From: Nemertoderma westbladi
Taxonomy: Eukaryota; Animalia; Xenacoelomorpha
Assembly: GCA_032718475.1 (NCBI GenBank)
Contig: JAUCBJ010006848.1
Span: 1-64,000, forward strand
Length of the DNA stretch: 64,000 bases
Direction: 5' to 3'
Each line of letters starts with the position of its first letter. The stretch's first letter is position 1. Under the pieces are notes generated by a model, which worked only from the letters and a program-made list of their open reading frames with translations, ran no database searches and had not been told where the DNA came from. This document shows positions 47,050-58,822 of the stretch, piece after piece. Made by a program: the position numbers and the translations under genes.

Positions 47050-48259
47050 AAAGGAATTTGTTTTACTTAGAATCGTGGCTTAGACCCTTACAACACCAAT
47101 ATAACTCGATCCAGAGATTTTGTGTCCTAAGCAGTTAGAGCCCAGCATGGACTCCCATAGAGGAGTATTGGAACTACTGCTGCTCTAAATAATCGGAACT
47201 TAGGTTTCCGACGTATTCTATCAATCCTTATGAAAAATCACAATCGTTTAGTTAAAGATAGAGATCGCCTGCACTTTGTGCGACGTTCTTTGTACCTGAC
47301 CAGACTGAATGTAGTTAATCTATAGTCTGCCATAACTTTAAGATACCATTTACAACGTAGACATTACTCCGGAATATGTTTTAAAATATTTGCGGTTTAT
47401 GAGATGTGTCAACAGTGGAAGTGCTAGGTTGGTTATGTTACGAGCCAGCTAACAAAAGATGTCTGCTAAGTTTGAACGGATTAAAAACTAAAGGAATACA
47501 ATGTTGAGACAGTTAACAAATATTAATTAAGAATAACACAAATAATAGGATTTCATTAATAGGAGTACAAACATTCACACGTCTTTACTTTGTGAGTAGT
47601 AGGGTCTTGGTCCTCTCTGCGACAGTTAGACCTAACTGACACCCATTGGGTGTCATATGACACCCAATTATCACCCTATGGGTGTCATTGGGTGTCATTG
47701 GCGCCAGACTGTCTGGGTGACACCTCCCAATTAGGCTAATTAGACCCTAATTGACAGGTGTCATCAATTAATTAGTACAATTAAACCCTAACAGGTGTCA
47801 TATGACTCCTAATTAGGGTTTAATTGATTATCCTAATTAATCAGACTGATTAGCGCCCCGACACACAATGGGTCATCAGTGATGTCTAACTGTCGCAGAG
47901 AGGAGCAAGAGGGTGTCATAAGTGACACCGCAGCTCTTTTATTCATTAATACTTATTTATTTATATTTAATTTTAATTAATTATTTGCATTTTATTTTAT
48001 TCGTATTTATTCATTTGTACTTTATTTTAAATTAATTAATTGTATTACTTTTACTTTATACATTGATTTCTATTTTTAGATTAATTAGTTTTTATATTAC
48101 CATTGAGATCACTATGACATAATGTCTATTTTTAGCTCTATGGTTTATAGTTCCCTTATCGTTAACTTTATAATCTTTCCTCTCGCGGCCCCTTTGTCTT
48201 CGTTATTCAATGGCGCCACTCTGTCTACCATTGAATAACATTGGGCAATCATTATCTCG

Positions 48260-48370
48260 CCTGATGTGACGTCATCAAAGCTGCTCTCTGATTGGTTTAA
48301 TTATACAGTCTTTTCTCTCTCCTGTTCCCTGATTGGCTAACCCATTCTAGCCCCCTCTATAATAGCCCCC
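48260..48370 (+). promoter_or_regulatory. Putative Pol II promoter of the arm gene (mirror copy ~62795-62900 on the minus strand)
   Basis: CRE TGACGTCA (~48267), two CTGATTGG (reverse CCAAT) boxes and TATAAT (~48358), about 120 bp upstream of ATG 48484. Confidence 0.55.
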
Positions 48371-48483
48371 GTTCACCACATTCCCAATCATTGTCTCTTT
48401 GTTTTCCTGAAAAGTTTTAATTATTTTCGTAAAAGTATTTATTTATTTTTATTTCCTAAACGAGTTACCGGTACACAATCACG

Positions 48484-50112
48484 ATGGCACATTCAGAAAT
48501 CAGCTATTCAAGCAACGATCTGGTTTGCAACGAAAATCAGTTTATGCTACAAGACAACTCGTTTGGTCTATATTTCGATTCGGCGAACAAACTCTTCCCG
48601 TTAACGATAAATACAACCTTAAACCAACCCATCCCGATTCCGGCAAACTACGCGCACTTTATTTTCCGCGCCTGCTACGAACTTCACGATGGACAATATC
48701 AAACCCTCGACGATAATAAACTTCATTCCTCCAACCACGGTTTCAAACTTTTAAAAAGGGACAACAAAATCACGTTCAATCTAACTACTTCGCCCGAGAC
48801 GTTTACGATTCCAACTAGTGTCGTCGATTTTATTCGAGAAAACATCAACCAAGATGTGGTAAAATCGTCTACTGGGTTTAACCACTCTCGTAACCTCCTT
48901 CTTCTCCGATGATCGCTTATTTGATTTTCATAGTATCGCAAACTCGATTCTTCTTCTCATCTGGAACTCGTCGACTCCGACCGAGGAAGAGGAGACTCGT
49001 TTCTTTAAACTTTTCGACAAGGATGTTCTCGCTTTCGGCGAGAAATTGAATGAGCTCACATGCTTTTTCGCCAATAAAGTCTCCTATTACTTTGGATTCA
49101 ATTATAGAGTTGGCACCTATGGAAGTATTAACCCAGTGAAACCACTCGAGTTAATAAAGCTGGAAGACACTGTAAACAGTTCATGGATTACATTTTCCGT
49201 CGCCTGCGCCAATTTATTTCAACAATATGTAAACATCTGTCGCCCTTTTATTAATCCTACTACTCACCTTGTCCTAAAACCGGGCAATTGGGTTGCTTTT
49301 GACTATTGCACTTTTGGGTTTGCTACAAATATTCGGAACGAGCGCAATTTAGCGATCACCAATGGCTACGAGGTTGACGATGGAAAGGCTATTGTTTCTT
49401 CTAGGGGCCTGATTCTTCTTACACCAACCGAGGTCGGCGAATTGAAATGGTTCGATTCAACCATCGAGGATAGTGAATGTGTCTGCTACGATGAACTTAA
49501 CGTATACAAAGACAACATTTCCGAGCGAATATCGATACAAAGTTGTATCAGTGATTCAGAAATTGATTTACAGATAACCGAGAGAAAATTTAACGAATCC
49601 TTTACTATAGCTAACACGATTCAAGCGCGCGAGGCTCTAATCAGATTCAAGGCTATGGCTATACAATTTGCTTTCAAACCAAAGCAGATTACGATCCCCA
49701 ATCACCAACGCTATCTCATAAATAGCAGTATCGCAGCCTTTATCTATAAGTTCAAATCCGAAAAATATGTTGGTATCTGGCCCATTTTAATGAAAGACGA
49801 AGAGAATACCACTTTTCAGTTCACCAACGGTCTCAATATTAGGGGCAGCGATTTTCTCGCGATAAATATAACCAACCCACCCAACTCTCACTACTATCTC
49901 AGTCCTTACATTCATATCGAGAACAAACCAGCAGAAATTATATTCACCAATACGAAAAATACCAACACTATCACCCTATCCAACGACTTTACCATCGCGC
50001 GCCTTTTCGAATTACTAAAACGTTCTCTCAGAGAAGGCATATTTCTCCCGCAGCAAACACACCTTAATCTATTTCACCCCCCAAGAAAAGGTTATCTCAA
50101 CAAACTATCAAA
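48484..50112 (+). pseudogene. Frameshifted, 3'-truncated copy of the 569-aa arm gene
   Basis: Matches 58823-60532 apart from a 1-bp insertion near 48860, a few substitutions and loss of the last ~27 codons at 50112. Confidence 0.88.
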
Positions 50113-52270
50113 CTTTTCGCTTCTGCTGTTGCCATTGCCTCTGCCATCTTCCTTTCAAGACCCTGTCCAAGTCTAAGACTCATTCTAACACCTTCCAAAA
50201 TACTATCTGACAGTGCCCGTTTTGTGTCAGACATTTTTGTTTGTACAGTTGAATGCCTACTGCTATATTACAGTTAAAGCAAGTCTAGTAATTCAGTATC
50301 ACTGCAAGCCTAGCGATTAATTACCGATACCGTTACTCGGTGTAACGTGGTATATATACAATATATTAGAATACCGGTATGCTTATAGTATATATATAAG
50401 TATTGCAGACTAGGTTTGTCTCAGAATACCGGTATATAATTTCAGTGCAAATATATACAATTATATAATAAGCCTATTATAGATACCGGTATATCAATTA
50501 TTTAGGATAATTGAATTTCTGAATGTTAGGGGTTACTTGGTCACTTTACTTACTTTATTACCGTTATTTGAGCAGCAGACCAACTGATATTAAGACCTAA
50601 GTGTTGTATAATAGGCCTACTATTTTATTAATAGATTTAGTGGATTTATATGTACCCGTAGGAGGGGTTTTTGTTACAATTTTGAAATAGATGTTACTAT
50701 TTCTGAGAAGTAATCACTTACACAAAAGCTGTGCGCTCTCAGTGAAGTGCCACTTGTTGGACACTAAAACAAATAATTCTACTTTCCTAAGTTACTTATC
50801 TACGAATTACTTACAATACGGGTGAGATTAAATCTCTAATTAAACACAACAACAAAAATATTACGTACGAAATTTTTAGGGCAATTTAACAGGGAAACTA
50901 CGAACCAGTCTAACAAAGGGTTAGAACTTCTGGTTATTACAACGGATAGGATACTACGGTATTTGAAAATAATAAGCAGAAGTAAATATACTGCGTTGTC
51001 CAGATAGGAAAATACCACCGCCTGACGACCTAAAGCCGTATCGCTATAGGTACTACGTTATATATCACGGAGTGTTCCTACCTAGAGGTTAATAGTACGA
51101 ACGTGCCTATCAACCACTTTACAACACAAATATAATGCCTACACTAATTACTTTCGGAAAGCACTAAACCCTAAATTAGGTACAAGTACTTGTAAAACAA
51201 ATAACCTGCAGTTAAATATACTTGAACAGTTAAAAGAACCACAGCATCTGCTGGAGTGACCGGGGCACAAAGTCACCAGTCTTTACCTACGCCAAGCAGC
51301 CCGTGTAGTACCGGGGTTAATTTAACTATAACGGTATGTATAACAAACACAATTACTGTAGGAACAAACTTGGGGACATGAATGTTGCGAGTAATCGCAT
51401 AAACTCTGAATAATAAATATTACGCTACCCGTACAAAATACTCAAATAAAATACAAACTAAATGTTGGCAGACTACTATCAAGCCTAAACAAACTACAGT
51501 ATGTGCAAATTCCAAAATTGTTAGTTAGTATGCGTGCTAATACGGTAGTACGACTTATTCTTTAAGAGGGGGTTGACCTTACAACTACGAGTTGCCCCAA
51601 CTTACTAACTGGCACTTTATCAGACTTACTCTACACACGCAGCAATTCCTTCAGACCCAACAACAGCCAGACAACAATCCAGCCTACAAAATATCTGAAT
51701 AATATTACGGTACCTGAACAGACTATACAAACAATACAGGATAAACGCTGATGGACTACTATCAAGCCTAAATAAACTACAGTATATGCAGATTCCAAAA
51801 TTGTTAGTTAGTATGCGTGCTAATACGGTAGTACGACTTATTCTTTAAGAGGGGGTTGACCTTACAACTACGAGTTGCCCCAACTTACTAACTGGCACTT
51901 TATCAGACTTACTCTACACACGCTGTAATCTTTAAGCCTAACAACAGTCAGACAACAGTCCAGCCTACAATGATCTGAACAATCTGAGCAGACTTACACG
52001 TCTTCAGCTCAATATTAACTTACTAGGAAATAAAACTGACAGAAATAGACCTAAGTAAAATCCCAATAAAAACCAGGCGTCCCCGATTTAATATCGAGAC
52101 CTACCGGTATACAATAATCAAAATCGAATAATACTAATGTACTTATACTGGAAGTACCGGTTAGGACAGTTGGGCCTACAGACCTACAGAAGTACCGGTT
52201 CTGGCAGTTGGACCTACTGACCTACAGAAGTACCGGTTCAGGTTTACCGGTTGACCGGTACTTTGCAACC
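50113..52270 (-). mobile_element. Probable truncated LTR-retrotransposon 5' region (leader plus start of a gag-like ORF)
   Basis: Minus-strand ATG at 50234 reads MSDTKRALSDSILEGVRMSLRLGQGLERKMAEAMATAEAK and is cut at the arm junction; long leader with a ~230-bp direct repeat (~51471-51700, ~51754-51980). LTR boundaries not identified. Confidence 0.4.
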
Positions 52271-52760
52271 TTATTGCTTACTGCAATAAGATCAATAACT
52301 GTTATTGTACGCGCTTTTGTAGACATTTAGCAGTTTAACCTGCCAAAATTTATATGTCATTAGTTGGTAAATTGACTTTATAAGATGACAAGATTTAATA
52401 CAAAATAAACACAACATTAGCCGAAGCCAGCCTAGTGCGCGTCCATTCACCCGCTGGATATACCCGGGGGGCTGCTGACTGCTGTTTATAGACCCTCTTT
52501 CCATGAATAATAACTGCCATCGCTATTGTGTCTTGGTTATCGCCACTATCTGACCGCTGGTACACTAACACTACCATACTAGTCACTACCGACGGTCTGC
52601 TTTATGTTTCACTGACTGATTGCTACAATACAGCAATAGGCCTAACTGTACAAACACAGTATTGTTGCCTAGTAACCGATTAATACCTACTGTTTTACTT
52701 TATTTTTAGCACGTATACAGTATTTTTTATTTTTTATAAATAATCAACATATTTTTCTAG

Positions 52761-53777
52761 ATTCAAGATTCAAGATCAACCAATAAAGTCAGCTGCCCCA
52801 TCTGCGACAAAGAGATGCGGAGCGATCATCTAAAATCTCATATTAAAACTCATTTCGTGCAATATAGATGCGACTGCTGCCCGACTTGGTCCTCGGCAAA
52901 GAAGACACTGGTTGGCCATCTTATTTCGTGTCCTCAGGGGGGAACAGGATTTAGTTACGTAAACGAGCCAGCCGATTGCCGCTGCGGGGATTCGCTCACC
53001 CTGTCATCCTTTACTGAGCATGAATGCTATACTCGACTTTTTTCGTGGAAACGCAAAACTCCGACTACCTCCCACTCATCCCCCATCAGCTCTACTCCAG
53101 AACAAGTCGGCAGCGGCGGCTCCAATAATGAACCTTCAACTTCGCGAGATTCTATTTCCCCAAACAATCCCTTTCAACCTCCCTCCAACGGAAGCGCACA
53201 CGGACGACTGTTTACCTATAACAACGACCTCGCAGAAACAAGACTCGATGCTGAATTAACATTAAACGAAAATTTTCCACACATTCAAGAACACGTTAGT
53301 AGCCATCTACAAAGTGCTTTGGGAACTTTTTTAAGAGTCTGGCTTACAATCAATATCGTAATGGAGCGTGAAACCAGCGAGGGATTTCAAATTGAATCGT
53401 TCTGTTTTAAATCTAGCGGTAACAATAATCAAATTCTGAATAATAGTGACTTTAATAACTGGTTTTCTAGCGCCGTCAATCGTATCGATCAACTGTTAAG
53501 CGTGTTTCTCTGTCTCGGCTCGGGTTGGCGCATAATAGCCATCGAGCGAATAACTATTGAGATTGCGCGATCCCAACGCAACCCCTATTTAAAGGGTCAA
53601 GGCTTCAATAATTCTAAATTATTATTAAATAAAAAATGTAGCGTAAGCGTAGACTGCCCGCTGGGGGAATGCTTTAAATACGCAGTATTAGCCGCCGCGA
53701 ATTATAAGAAAATTGATAGAAAACAAAATAATATCAAAATAATTTCAACATATACACGGGATACGAGTAGGGATTGA
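52761..53777 (+). pseudogene. N-terminal fragment of a Polinton-type protein-primed DNA polymerase B (zinc fingers, terminal-protein region, start of an OTU-like domain)
   Basis: CPICDKEMRSDHLKSHIKTH C2H2 finger; F..LGSGWRIIAIERITIEI...PYLKG...LLNKKCSVSV....ECFKYAVLAA matches the GSGW...KK...CF.W(A/S)VLA pattern of Polinton/adintovirus pPolB N-termini; truncated near 53745. Confidence 0.75.
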
Positions 53778-53835
53778 GCCCGTGACCTTCTGTTTTTCCT
53801 ATTTTGTGTTTAGTTTAGTTACTCTATGTTAAAGT

Positions 53836-55291
53836 GAATTTTCACCTTATATTTATATGTTAAATTATAAATTTATGTTACAATTATTATTTATATTAAA
53901 AAACAGAAATATTCGAGTTATATTGCATTATAAATTTTACATTGAAGTGGAATACTTTAGATGTTGGGGGACTCTGGTTTGCGAGGGATATTTGAATGGT
54001 GAGTATAACTATCCTTGAGAGCTAGTGCAACGCTATCTCACTATGGATGGGCTTTACCACTGTACTCGCATCTGCTCTCTCATTGGCTGCTCGATGCCTC
54101 CGATTAAGGGTCTAAGGTCTTCAAGCTGGTCATTTGCTTAGTTCTCTAATTGGAGGGATGTGAGTTTGGACCCTAGAAGAGCATTTTCCTTTTTCCTAGC
54201 TCTTGGTTAACTCTAGCATACACTCTAGCTTTGACTCCCCCGGCTATAGTTATAGTATGCAACCTTGGGAGTTAATGTGAGAATATATTTCAGTGTATTT
54301 CATAGTAATAAAATCGTTTCCATGTGTCCTGCCGGTCCCTGGTTTAACTTATTTTGTGTTGGATTTATAATGGACGCGAGTAGGGATTGAACCCGTGACC
54401 ATCTGTTTATCCTATTTTGTGTTTAGTTTAGTCTAGTTATTCTATGTTTACTTTTTATAATTCCCATAAAACGGGATACGAGTAGGGATTGAGCCTGTGA
54501 GCATATGTTTTTCCTATTTTACCTCTTCTTCTCCATCTTTCTCACTCAAATTTTCCTCATTTTCTAGGGGTAACTGTTTTTGTATCCCTTTCAAAATATT
54601 CACAACTTTATGAAATTTATTTTCCATTGGCTGTTTTATATTTAATATATCACGCTCATCTCTCTTTTTCTTTTCATCTTCACTAAAAATATCTTCGGAT
54701 TTTTTAAATTTTTTGGTAACGGAGCCATTAGTTTTCCTTTCTATATGTTTCCATATGACGAGATAAATTGTCTTGTCTCATTTCTTTATTACAAACCAAA
54801 CAACTTTCATGGCTATGCATTATATAGCAATGTCATTTGATAATATTGAATTTTCACATTATATTTATGTTAAATTATAAATTTATGCTACAATTATTAT
54901 TTATATTAAAAAACAGAAATATTCGAGTTATATTGCATTATATATTTTACATTGAAGTGGAATACTTTAGATGTTGGGGGACTCTGGTTTGCGAGGGATA
55001 TTTGAATGGTGAGTATAACTATCCTTGAGAGCTAGTGCAACGTTTTCTCACTATGGATGGGCATTACCACTGTACTCGCATCTGCTCTCTCATTGACTGC
55101 TCGATGCCTCCGATTAAGGGTCTAAGACCTTCAAGCTGATTATTTGCTTAGTTCTCTAATTGGAGGGATATGAGTTTGCACGCTAGAAGAGCTTTATTCT
55201 TTTTCCTAGCTCTTGGTTAACTCTAGCATACACTCTAGCTTTGACTCCCCCGGCTATAGTGATAGTATGCAACCTTGGGAGTTAATGTGAG
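53836..55291. repeat. ~445-bp direct repeat (53836-54280 and 54847-55291)
   Basis: Two similar blocks, accompanied by three copies of GAGTAGGGATTGA(G/A)CC(C/T)GTGA at ~53765, ~54378 and ~54480. Confidence 0.85.
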
Positions 55292-55491
55292 TAAAGACCA
55301 AGAGATTAGACTTCAGGCTCCCTCTATTGGTTCATTCTTCTTAACTTTATAAAATAACTCAACCCGTATTTAAAGTTTCAAAAATTATGACTTAGTCGAC
55401 TAATTTTCCAAAGTATATTATAAAAACATATAATTTCTCGAATAGATAGACCTAATAGTAATAAATAATGTGGGGGTAAATACATTTATAA

Positions 55492-55993
55492 TTAAGGTAA
55501 CTGTAGCTCGAGACTGGGGCAATCAAGTGTTCTAACTAAAGTTCTATAGCAACTCCGATAGGCAATGATCGATAATGGTGGGGTCCCTGAGAGTAGATAG
55601 AGTGTATTATTCTCCAAATAGTTCCCAGGAAGTAAGAGGCCACGTTGCACCTTGCGGTGGTAGGCGTCGAGTTTGTCGATATCCTTTCGGCGTAGGGATC
55701 CAATAGTCAGAGTTAATCTGTAGATTATGACAGGGACGGTGAGTGTGTTCCACATCTTAAAGATGGTCTCTAGGTTGAGCCACCTTGCTGTCCATCCTTT
55801 GGTATGGAAAACTTGCGACATCATGGCTATTGTCTGGATAACATTGTGGAGGTTGCTAGCGGGGTTAGAATTTCCCAGTTTGTGTCCGAGGAATTTCAGA
55901 TGGTTCGACATAGGCAAATACTGTAAGGAGTAACTGTAAGGGACAACTGCGCTCCCAATCTCGCTCGCCGGCCGGTCCTCACGCAAATTTAGC
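55492..55993 (-). CDS. Open frame encoding a diverged RTE-like RT thumb/C-terminal region
   Basis: LKFLG...TIFKMWNTLTVPVIIY...DKLDAYHRKVQRGLL...LENNTLYLLSGTPPLS follows the FKYLG...VLLYG...LD....LR...N..LY pattern; preceded by the acceptor TTTTCTCATAG. Confidence 0.5.
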
Positions 55994-56184
55994 CTATGAG
56001 AAAATAAATAATTTATTTTATAATTAAATAATAATTTATTATTTAAGTAATTGCTTTATAGCCATCTTGGTAATTCTTATAACGTTAAAATTATTGTAAT
56101 TACTCAAATTAATTTCTATTCAAACTGCATATTGCTTTAACCTATTTTATTATATCATATTATATAAAGGAATGTTAGTATTAA

Positions 56185-56610
56185 TTAAAACTTATACCAT
56201 GGTTCCTCCCTAAAATCCTCTGTTTCCTCCCAGTTTTCCTGGGGAAAAGGGTGAAGGAAACGCTGTTCCTCAGCCGCTGCTATCTCTTTCAGAACATATT
56301 CCTGGTACAAATACTGGTCGTACCAGTTGGAGGAGGTCCGAAGCCCTTCCACACGCGCTTCCTCCAATGCTCGAATCTCGAGCTCTCGATTAACCAAATC
56401 CTCCTCCCACGCCATCTCCTCTTCCTGATCCCTCATATAACGGCCATAGGGAGTGGCCGCTTCCAACCTGCTCTCCATGGTCTGTGTACCGACGCTTCTG
56501 GTCATGGTTGTGTTGATAGCGTTGGAAGCAGTGGTGATGGATGTAGCTGTGGTGGTGATGGAGACCGATGCCACGGGGGCAGCTAGCTGGGTGTTGGAGG
56601 TGGAATCCAT
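56185..56610 (-). CDS. Hypothetical S/T-rich then acidic protein (MDSTSNTQL...), possibly exon 1 of a gene continuing at 55993
   Basis: GC-richer open frame in AT-rich context, ACCATGG Kozak context, minus-strand TATATAAA at ~56733-56740. Confidence 0.5.
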   Translation of the reverse strand: MDSTSNTQLAAPVASVSITTTATSITTASNAINTTMTRSVGTQTMESRLEAATPYGRYMRDQEEEMAWEEDLVNRELEIRALEEARVEGLRTSSNWYDQYLYQEYVLKEIAAAEEQRFLHPFPQENWEETEDFREEPWYKF

Positions 56611-58822
56611 GGTATTGATTAATTGGTAAATTAACAAGTTTAAAATTGTAAACGCAAAAGTTTAAAATGTAGAATAAATCACATAAAATTTTTCGAGCTC
56701 AAAACTGATGACGAATGAAGGCCCCGTCTCGGTTTATATAGCATCAGCGCAGAGGGAGCAACGCAACAGTTTCAACGAGCAGCGGCTTTAATTAAAGGGC
56801 TCCCAGTGATAAGTCGTTAGGAGCCAGTAGTAATTATATATCGGTAATAACTATGGGATATAGCATATGAATGTTAGCCTTATTTGGGCCCTCAAGCTTA
56901 TTAGCAATAGAGATATCTCGCTTGCCGGCCGGCCCTCATGCAGATTTAGCGGCGCCAAGGCTAACGGGGCACCTCAAAGACAGTCTGGCTATAGTAGAGT
57001 AGAATGGATATACGAGTCCATAGCTAAAATACATCTGCCATGGAGCCTTCGCGTAGCACTATGCTCACCAATTATATTTATAATTCTCTATCCGCGAAAT
57101 TTTCAGGAATTTTAAATTTTGGCCGTCGCTTCACGGAAAAAATAAAAAGTAAACACAAAATAGGATATACAGATTGTCATAGATTTGATTCCCTATCTCG
57201 ACCAGAGTCATTATGACCCTCCCCCGATATTTATACAATATTTTATAGGCCGGTAGTATTGGGGTTATTATGTGACTCATGAAAATAAATCTTAAATACA
57301 ATACAAATGCTCCATCTGGGTAAAAGTGGATGCAATGTATTTACAAATCGAGTGTGGATCAGGATAGTTTTCGTTAAGGTTTCACCTTGGTGAAGTGGAA
57401 GCATTGTATTCACATTTCGAGTACCATTTTTATTGAAACTATGGGGCATTTTATATTAGCCGATTTTTCAAAATTTGTAAAGTTTTGAGGGTTTTTATAA
57501 AAAATATAGGGATTTAGGGATTATCATTCAAATTGACTACGAAGAAGGCATAGGGATCATTAATGGTGTGCTGAGACTCAGAAATTTTCAGGAAATTTAA
57601 ATTTTTGCCCTCGCTTCGCGGCATTATGACCCTCCCCCCCGATATTTATACAACATTTTATAGCCCGGTAGTATTATGATTAAAGCTACTAAACTAAAAC
57701 ATAACAAAGTGCAATTATCCTATCTGTTCCAACTCGGTGTCACTAGTTTAGATAATATACTATAATAATAGTGATAGCAGATGCTTTTAATTTCGCGATG
57801 AAATAATGTCAGCAAACGAAATATAGTGAATACATCATAGATAGAATTTTAAATTTTGCAGTTGCATGGAGTGATAACCCTTAGGTGAAAGCTAAATTTG
57901 CTCTACTTTAATCAAATGGGGCATTAAAGCTACGAGTATATTTTCCTCTACATCCTCCCTCGATCTTACACAAATCTGGGCAAAAGGCAGTTGAAGGGCT
58001 ATCATTCCCAACATATGCGGTCCTCCCTTTAATGTTTCATTGTTCTATTCATAGTCGCCTTTAAGAATTTCTCGGGAAAATAAGGATGAGGGGCTATCAC
58101 TTTCAACCCCATGCGGCCCTCCCTTTCATGATTTCATTGAACTATCCATAGTACGAACAATCAAACCAAAGCCTTTGAATATCCTCGCGGCTTATCAGCG
58201 GCGCCATGGCTAACGGCTTAATATTAACAGTGAAGCATCTAAAAGACAGAGTGTCTATGATAGGACAGAACAGCGTACTTACAGCCTAGAGGTGGTCGCC
58301 CTGAAAACTTTGCTCGCCATCAATACATACAAAGCATCGCTTGATGGATAGAGTAATAGGGTGGATATTTTCATTTTGGTGAATATAATTTATAGCATTA
58401 ATCACGAAAATCGCTAAATAATATATTTTAATTAAAATCAGCTCTGATAAACAACTTGCATATCGAGTTTGTAAAGAATTCATAGGGATTGGCTGTTTAT
58501 TTAGGGGTTAACATTCAAATTGATTACGAAGAAGCAGTAGGGGTCATTAATGGTATGCTGAGACTCACTTACTTCATGGCTCGCTCTCATAGAATAGATT
58601 AACTAGTAGAGAAAAATGAAAAATAAGTGGTTAAACATCTTATATTTTTTAAACAATATGGGGAAACAAGAATAAATAATTTACCGACAACATCAATATT
58701 AAATAATATAACAACAACAGATAAATAATTTACCAACAACATTAATAATAAATAATATAAGAACATCAACAATAACAAAAGATATAGTGAGAACAGTTTT
58801 TATTAAATAGAGACTGTTTATA

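Larger units (their letters stand above)
46533..47240. repeat. Large inverted repeat (arms 46533-46798 and 46978-47240), Penelope pseudo-LTR-like
   Basis: ~265-bp mirrored arms, each with an RTE fragment and a hammerhead-bearing segment. Confidence 0.85.
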
